Positions 49,981 through 64,000 of a stretch of DNA of 64,000 nucleotides are shown here, one piece after another. The stretch is from the NCBI GenBank assembly GCA_046563655.1, contig CM102283.1:9858001-9922000 (forward strand). The letters run 5' to 3'. Under the pieces are notes generated by a model that worked only from the letters and a program-made list of their open reading frames with translations, made no database searches and had not been told where the DNA came from. The position numbers and the translations under genes were made by a program. The DNA is from Yuukianura sp. NJ FZ-2021. Taxonomy: Eukaryota. Each line of letters starts with the position of its first letter. Within the stretch, counting starts at the first letter, position 1.

Positions 49981-51108
49981 GTTAGAGTATACTAGTCGTA
50001 AAATCAACGGAAGCGTTAAGTTTCCGTTGATGTCATGATCTTCAGAGCAAAAGTTAAGAAAAAAAGAAGGGAATCAGGTTTTTTGAACTAAGATACTGTA
50101 CAATTGAAGTGATGCGGTCACTGCTGTGTTGTGCTTATGTTTTGGTTGATATGCAATTATGTAGGATGTTCGAAAGTGAAAGTTTGGCGTCGCTTCTGAA
50201 TACATTTTCAAATTGTAACTTTTTGCCCACTAGAATTTCCTACTTTAAAAACAACTGAACAAGTTTCTCTCCTCATTCAATCAATTTGTGTTTACGTCTT
50301 TACGACTACGGCCTTTGTCTACACATATGCTCTTACACTTTGAAGTTCTTACAATTTAAGCAAAAAGTGTAACAAAAAATTAGATTAGTCATGAATATGA
50401 AAGTCAAGTTAACATGAAACTAAAATCAAAGTCACGTCCCTTGCTCACCGCAACACCCAAGTCCATTTCACAAAAATAAAGCACTTTTTCACATCAGCAC
50501 CTCTATCTTGTTACAAAATTTCAATTTTTCATAACTTTGTTTATGAATTTGTGTGATGTGGTGAATAGGAAACTAAAGCTAGTAAAGCTTTGTACATTTA
50601 TTGATGTTGTCCATAACGAAGGATGTGGATGGTTTACATATTTTGTTTTTAATGTAATTAGTAGTACATTGAAAGTCATAAATTCCAACCACACATACTC
50701 TTCACCTGTGTGCTCTTGGTGTAACTTTTACTCTTTTTATGAAACTGTGACACCTAGCACTCTTAAATTAATTAGAATTTAATTATAATAATAAACGTTA
50801 GTTTCGTACAATTTGTTGGTGTGGAGGACTGGAATTTAGAAACGTGTGGCTCTCACTTACAAAAACCTCATCACTTTCTGTGGCGATGAGAAACTGTGAC
50901 AAAGGTGCGTGAAAATAAGTAAACTATGGCAGAGTTTTGGTACTCTGACGATTCAATTTCTATCTCTCACTTCACCCACTGATTTCACACCTAAACGCTG
51001 TCCACACCGAACTTCTTTTGTCAGTCCATTGACTCACGAAGCGGAGTTCCTTAATTTTGTAGTTTATCATTTGGAGTTGAGAGAGAGATTGAATTTGGAG
51101 GTTGGTCG

Positions 51109-53392
51109 TCACTCCACGGCACCACTCTGCCCTGCGGACGGATTGATGTTGTTTTTGGGGTTGCCACACCCACCCCGAGTGCTGTGTCTTCGCTCTCTCC
51201 CTTCGTCGTGGTTCGCTGGACCGGGCGTTGCGTGGGGGTCAGGAGTAGAAGCTGCAGCACAGCTACTAGGACCGCGTCCCCCCTAAAACACAACAACATC
51301 AACTCAAATACTCTTAAAATCAGTGTTTTTGATCGATTAACTTACAAACTTCAGCATGTTCCAGTCGAAGACGTAGTCGTAGGTGAATCCTTGGCGATGA
51401 AAGAGGTTTCGGAAGAGTTGTCGGAGATAGCCGTAGTCTGGCTTCTCCTCGAATCTCAATGCTCGACAGTAGTTGAGGTAAGTTGCGAATTCCGGCGGGA
51501 AGCCTTTGCAAAGCTCCTCTACGGGCGTGCCGAGTTTCTTCTCACTAATTCGTTCATATTTTTGGCGTTTGGTGGCTGCCTTGAGTCCTTGCCATGGAAG
51601 CGAACCACCTATTGGAGAAGCGTGCTTGTCTTAACGATATTTCATAAAAGCTTGTTAGAGTGAATGAAGTGATGTCTTACGGTTGAAGTACATCAAGACG
51701 TAGCCCAGGGATTCTAAATCATCACGACGAGATTGTTCTGAACAAGGAAAACGACATGTTAGACTAAAGTTTTGAAGACAGTATAAGTAAGTGGACTTGC
51801 CTTTTCCAAGGTGGGTGTTGATGCTGGCGTAGCGGGCAGTGCCTGTGAGGTTTTTGTTTTCCCTGTAAGCTATGTGTTGATGTGTGCGATGATCCCGGTA
51901 CTTCTTAGCTAATCCGAAGTCGATAATGTACACTAAATTCCCTTTCTTCCCAAGTCCCATCAGGAAATTATCCGGCTGAAATCAATAACTCAAAATAAAT
52001 TCTCAGTACACGCTAACAAGCATTCCGTTGCTAACTTTAATATCGCGGTGAATGAATGACCGGATGTGAATCAACTCAATGCGGGAGATCTGCAAACATC
52101 ATAAAAGAGACATTCAAGTCAGCAGTACTGTGACACAGCAGATGCCAAACTGACCAATTGATCGGCGAGTAAGAGGACAGTTTTGAGTGAAAATCGTCTG
52201 TTGCAGAAATTGAATAGGTCTTCTAAACTAGGTCCGAGTAACTCCATGACCATAACATTGTAATCCCCTTCTGTCCCACACCACTTTATCACGGGAATTC
52301 CAACTGCAAAACAAACAAATTCGGATTAGCAAACATCATCTCTATCTTATTTCTTGAGAAGATGCAAATATTTAAGTGTTAGACTTACCACCGCCTTGGA
52401 GCAGTTTGTACAAGCGAGACTCAATCTGAAGTTGAGGATGCTTTGTTTTGATACATTCTAGTTTGATTGCCACTTCTTCTCCAGTGATTATGTTCGTACC
52501 TGAAACAACAAAAACAAAATTCACATTTAAAACTTATGACAGAAACACATTGTCAATTGCATGATTTCGGCCTTTAGTTTATGTAGAAACTAAGAGTTAC
52601 TGTTCATTTTTCATTTGGTTTTTGCATATTTTCGAAAAAGTGAAAGCAACTTAAAGTCGCCCCCCATTCCCAGGTTGTAAGTCTATGTCCCAACATGGAA
52701 TGACACATCTCAAAACACCTTTGACTCATTCCCAGCTGCAGCCTTTTAATAACGTTTTGATTTGAGGAAGTATTTCGTATAAAACCACCAAAATGATGAC
52801 AATGACAATTAATGATACTTTAGTTGTATTGAATCAGTCATGTGTATGCAAAATCACATGAAGGTCATGTGAAACCACATCGTTCTTCCTGGAATGATAA
52901 CTACGTAGCAAGTACGCTGTTGGCCTGAGGTGAAGTGTTTAATGCAATCACACAAGTAAAGTAAATGCTCAAGTTAACTGGATATGTTTATAGCAGTTGA
53001 ATTACGCAACAAAGGTAATTGATGAGCTATTCCTGGTGGTCTATGCAATTAATATCCACTTCAAGAGCCCAACCTAAACTTAATTCCCCACAATAAGAGG
53101 TAGCACCCACAACAGCTGACCATTTCCAAGCCCTTGGCCCGAATTCAACGATGCGCTAAAGGAACCATTGCCAAATTACCACTTAACTCTAATGCACCTC
53201 TCAATCATAACTTCCTCACTTTCCAATTACTAAACTACACAATTCAACCTTATCTCTACATCACTAAGATGACTCAAGAGTCGCAACTGATGAGCGTAGT
53301 AGTGAAAGATGATTACCTAGGTAGATGTCTCCGAATGAACCCGATCCAATCTTTCGTCCTAGTCGATACTTGTTCCTCACTCGGAGTTCCAT
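51109..53392 (-). CDS. dco: Casein kinase I delta/epsilon (discs overgrown/doubletime-like)
   Basis: Exons complement(53317..53392, 52389..52499, 52155..52303, 52036..52089, 51801..51975, 51681..51737, 51346..51608, 51109..51282). Motifs [74 protein letters not shown], followed by a short low-complexity tail. Confidence 0.95.
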
Positions 53393-56300
53393 GTCGATAT
53401 TCCTCCAATCCTAACGTTGTTGTAGTCAAGGACTTAACGGTCACTGCTTAGTCCACTTCCAGCCAGTGCTGTTGAGGTAGCGACCAACTACCTCACTACC
53501 AAATTGGTTGAACCCCAAACTAACACAACAAAGAGGAGTTAAGTTGTGGGATTGTAAGGAATGAACTTTGTAGTGATTGAGCAGTGGATTGTTACCAGTT
53601 GCAGGAGCTGCGTCTCCTTCGTTCAAGAGAGTTGATGACTTTGGTCTTCTGTTCACCCCCGATTTCTCGCAGAGGGGCAGTGAGTAATTGAGGAACAACA
53701 AAAGAGATCTCACGTTGTTCGTCCTATAGGTGGTGGGATGAAGATGAACAGATTTCGGAGTATATCCACTTCAGTCCGAAGAAAGAATTTGTTGCGAATG
53801 TGGAACAAAACAATCCAACTCCACTTGGAGGAAAGAGGAGAGTAAAAGCCCTTCTAAACAGGAAGATCACAAGAGGACATTTTAGCAACAACCCAACGCA
53901 GGCGTACCACCACCCACAACAATCCTCATCTACCAATGCAATTCCTATTCCGAAGGTACAAGGAATTGCAATTGCAAAACTCACAAATCAATTATTTCCA
54001 AATTCTATATTTTAGTCTTTTACTCTTCTTTCTTTTCTGCAGTGTAACACTCCCAAAAGAATTAGCAATTTGAAAAAGTAAAGTGATGCTCAAGGTTACG
54101 TTTCAATTAAGAAATTCAAGGTAAAAATCTTTGTTTTCTAGTTTCTGATTTTGCAATTTTTAAGGCAAAGTGAATGTCGTTATGGTTGACGATTCTGCAA
54201 TTATTGTCAATTGCCATTTACGAAAAAGGCCGAGTATTTGAACAGAACAGGCGGAAGATGACGCGGTCGACGCATCAGCCCATTAATTACTGACGCTTTC
54301 ATGCGTCATCATTTGTTTTGCAAAATTTTTAATCCAAATGTACGTCAAAATCGTGTTCTTCGTCATAGTCAAAAGGATTCGAAAAAATGTAAAAAAGTAT
54401 ACTCATTTTTCAATATTTTTGTTTACCAAATTAAGTACATAGTGAAACTTAGTAATTTCTAAACTAACTGAAAAGATGAACTTTTATAATTTCGTTAAAG
54501 TGAAAGCTTGTATGAAAAAGTTGAGTGAAAAAGTGACCCTTTTCAACTCTTTTTTCTCCAAACTTTTTCTACCTGGATGAAAGCCTAATCCCCTTTACAC
54601 AACAACAACAAAGTTATTGCAAAATCGTGTTTTCTCTAAAGCGCATATAAGTTAAGTCGAATTTGCTGATTTCAGCATCCACTGACCTTCTAATTCTTAT
54701 CATCCGCTTATCACTCGTCTCCACACAAAATTGCAAACGCTTCCAAAAATTGTTGACGCGTGGGCTTGCTGCAGTGGGATTCCTCGGATTCAGCCTGTTA
54801 TAGGGAAAAAGTAGAACCTTCCACTGAAAACGCTCAAGTGTTTTCCATTTAACAAAGCCAAAATCTGCACAAAGTGCAATTTGGCACACGGAGTAACGGA
54901 AATCGAAACAATTGAGATAACTTTTCTGTTCTTTTGCGATGAAATTCCGGGAAACCAATGACGTTGCATTTTGTATTTAGCAAGAATCATTTTACTTTTA
55001 TTTTATTACACGCATTTATGCCAACAGAAAAAAAAAAACACTGGTAAACTTTCACTCTTAAAATGGTAGCTTTGTTTTATGCTAAAAGTTACACATTACG
55101 TAATAAGTTTTTGCTTAATTGAAGTAATTAGCCTAGTTATTCTTGTTTATACAGAACATATTCTCCAAAAGTGGGTCCGCAGTAGGTCTAAACTAACAAT
55201 TAAAAGTTGTACAATAATAAAGTGTGTTTTTAGCAATTGTTGTGTCTATTAGGAATCATTTGGAAACAAACAACGGGGCTGCTCGGTTCGGAGGGACTCA
55301 TTAATCAAGTCACGAAAAACAACTTAACACTTTCAAGCAGTTTTTGTTGAATTTTAACAAAGTGTTGACACTTTGTGCATTCAAGTGACACTTTGTCCCT
55401 CCCGCGGCTTAACTGGGGCCATCGTCATGAAAAATAAAATGAACAATTTGGTGGGGGATTATTTTTTTCATACCAAAGACAAAACCTGTCAATATTAATT
55501 GTCCGAGTCCCTACCAAAAAACTGTACAAAAAATGTACAAAATCCCTGATTTTTAACTTCAAATTTTTAGCTAAGGATTCGCAAATTGTGTGCAGTTTAG
55601 CATATTCTGTGGAGGAGATGGGAACGCAGAGGGAGTTTCTACACTTAGCACACACAGAAATTAATATCCGACTAAAATTGACATAATCTTAACAAATCAT
55701 TAGAGGAAATGAGCTTCTCTGTCGTAAACTGGTAAATTGTAACATTAATTCATAGTAGTTAACAAATACAAAACAAATCTAGAGAACGTAAGTACAGTAT
55801 TTGGATACAATTGCAGAAAAAATGAGAACAATGGAGTTTTCCCATACTTTGTCATTCGTAAAAAATAAAATCATGGATAGTTTTTGGGAGGAACCGATTC
55901 CAACTAAAAACATTGGAAAATTATACAAACACTGGTGGAGTCAAGAGGTAAAATTAAGTGATTCAAAATAAAGAAAATTGCAACTTTTGGCCAATTGCAG
56001 TTTTCCCCAACACAAAATTTCTCTAAACTAAAGTCATCACAAGCTTTCAACTTTTCATCTACTTAATAGCTGCCATTGCAACAAATTTGCACAATTTGGT
56101 AACCAAGTCTTGCCAATTTCATTTCAGAATTAAAAACATCTTTTTCAACATACAGTTTCAGACACGAGGACGGTTTTCAAGCTTACAAACAAAATTAGCG
56201 TTCTTTTGCTAAAATCTCAGAAAATACACAAACCAAATGAGATGAAATTTTTAAAGAGCTTAGAAGAAATACAACAATTCAAATGATGCTACGATGATTA

Positions 56301-57747
56301 ACAAATTAAGGTTCAGTTAGAAGTTAAGTTTCAGGTTAAAGTTAGTATTTTTTAAATTTATAGATTAAATTTTAGTCCGAAATTCAAATCAAACACCGTT
56401 TTCATTTCTCCTGCCTAATAACAATCGTTTCTTTGTTTCAGTTAAACTCTGGTTAAGTTAAATTTGTTAACAATAATGATTTTTGTTTCCGTTTGCTTCT
56501 AGAGATGGATGTGTTTTGAATCGTATACTTCGTTTTCACTGGAAGGTGAGTTTGGTTGGTGTCGAATATCAACAGAAAAGGAAGGTCAACAACCTCGGGT
56601 GACCTTCCTCTAATTGTCTCCAATTTAAAAATTAGTACTCTGACACAATGCTCAAATATTAGATTAGGCTATTAAGAAGTTAGTAAAGTTAGTTTAGTTA
56701 ATTGTAGCACTTAAGTAGAGTTCTTAACATTGTTGCACAGAAACGTTGCATGCTCATCACTCTTTCCAGCATTCAACATTTCTTGAACCAATTTGGAATT
56801 AGAGAAAGTGTAGTAAATTTTGCTTCTTTTCCTTTCGCTTCGTCTTCGGAATCCGACTGCTCATGTCTTTCACGATGAATCTTCACTCTTGGTTTCACTT
56901 TTTAGCATTTGCCCATTGCCTGTCTTAAACTTGTAGTCTTAACTTATGTAATTTTGAGCTTTTGGTGTGGGTTTAAGAAAAAGACTGCCTATCCGTAAGT
57001 TTACAAGTTTTCAAAAGCCGTTAAAAATAAATTACAATTAAGTAATTAGCTAAACCTGAAGGCTGAGGTTTTTAACAACGTTTTGAACCAAAGTGTTTGA
57101 AAAGTGGTTGATTGAAGAGACTTCTGATTCTTGCTAGAGTGTTTGTCATTGTGGTAAACGTTTTTGGATTGCTTCCACTCCTTGACTCCATGATAACTTT
57201 GAAGATGTTTGTAGAAAGTAGATTATTAGTGTCCTCTTCTATTGTTTTACATGATGAATGACAAAGGTGGGAGTGGAGGGTTGTCCAGAGTCAGACTTCC
57301 CTCTTCCAAGTCCATTTTCAACATTCGTCTGAGAACTCATCATCCTAAAACAAACAAAAGTCTCTTTTACAAATTTGCACAACTTCACGTTGGCCAAATC
57401 CAACACTCTCGCCACACTTCTCTCAGAAGTGTTAAATTCACCCAAAAACTTCCTTAGTTTCCCATTAACAATTATTAATTTCACTACGTAGCAACTCATT
57501 CCCTTCATTTTTTCAATTAGTTTTCACTCTTCCTGGAAGGCTCATTTGAAAAAGAAGATGAGTAGGAGATGAGTAGGGAAAAGCATAAATCACAAAACAA
57601 AGTTGAGAGACAAGCCCAAAAGCAGAAGCTCAGGGGAAAGTAGTGCGTAAATTAAGAAAAGAGCAGACAACTCCGAGATATTTTGAAAGTCTAACCAGAA
57701 ACAGTACAGAGAGTGGCTAAATTGCGAGATAGTTTATGTCCTAATTC

Positions 57748-63023
<5,276 letters not shown>

Positions 63024-64000
63024 TCAAACACTTTTTACTCAAACATCAAAAACTTAAAGTTAAAGTGTCATTTTGTGCTTTTTAAATCAATCCCCCTACA
63101 AAAAATAGTGAAGAGGACTTTGGTGTCATTCCCCTTGCGTTTAAATTTTCCACTTTGGCGTGACATTTGAGTGTGTAGAATGGTTGATGAGAAGTTTGTG
63201 CCATAATAGTGGAATCGTCAGAGCGAGAAGCTTATTAGGTAGTCACTCCCTGGCAGTGGACTTGTCACAGTCCGATGACCAAGGCACAGGGGGACAATTC
63301 CATTAAGACTCACTGCTTCTGCCTCTACCAACTAATGGCTCATCTTCATCCAAAATTTAGCAACTGTCCACATTCCCATTCCATCCAATCCACATTCTGC
63401 AAACTCAACTACACTCCGAAAAAGAGAACCTTAACCACTCCCTGTTACAAAAACAAAAGACTTTTGTTATTTGTAACAAAGTTTCTTATTTTCTTATCTA
63501 AAAAAGAGAGGAAATGGGCAAGGGATTGATAAAAATTTACATTGTCATTTCCCCGCTTTCTTTTCTCTCACAATCTGATCATTTTCCGGAGCTTTCACTC
63601 GACACGGAACATTTCTCAACCTTTCACGCTCCAAGCAGAGGAATTTGAGCGTGCCAAAGGCTCGTTTCCTTTGATCAACATTAAACTCTAACACAAAAAA
63701 CAACTTTTTTAATGTTCTTTCTTTTTTGGACAAGAAAGTTTGTGTTTTGAAAACTGCGTACAAGAGGGAGTGAAAAGTGGGTGAATGGGAATAGTCAATA
63801 GCCATAGTCATAACAGTACGATTAGGCGGGAATGGCCATCCCATCAAATTGAATTAAATACTTTCACCATCATCTTCCCCCTTCAAGAGGATACAAAAAT
63901 GAGTCCATCTCTTAAACGCTACTAACATTTATGAGTCAATAAAGTCTCTCACTTTTAAACTTTAAAGCCTCATAAACCACTCACACCACAAACACCTTCT

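Noticed and set aside
51060-51111. UGA-C stop context of CK1 as a readthrough candidate
   Set aside because: Only 13 codons to the next stop, no coding-like composition or clear stem; much weaker than the Glut1 case.

Overview
Eukaryotic, AT-rich, intron-containing DNA from an arthropod, probably a hexapod (inferred from the protein sequences; the species cannot be fixed from this window). I built nine spliced gene models by hand from GT/AG boundaries and frame continuity. Four encode secreted low-complexity, probably cuticular, proteins: two share a His-rich domain, one is Met-rich and one has YGPP repeats. The other five are Glut1 (sugar transporter), a Larp1-like gene without a DM15 domain, a Prrx-type paired-like homeobox gene, a CK1 delta/epsilon (dco/doubletime) kinase and the 3' part of extradenticle (exd/Pbx). 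Four small non-autonomous DNA transposons (MITEs) with TIRs and TSDs are present. The most unusual signals are: (1) in Glut1, a ~415-aa coiled-coil N-terminal extension, substitutions at sugar-site and gate residues, an 8-bp duplication frameshift at the start codon and a UGA-CGG plus stem-loop readthrough candidate; (2) strong enrichment of perfect AGGTCA-n-AGGTCA (DR1) elements, with one perfect ecdysone-type IR1; (3) an OAR motif of Prrx split over two reading frames; (4) Pbx-Prrx microsynteny. No rRNA, tRNA or CRISPR array was recognised. Most ORF-track entries are spurious or antisense.
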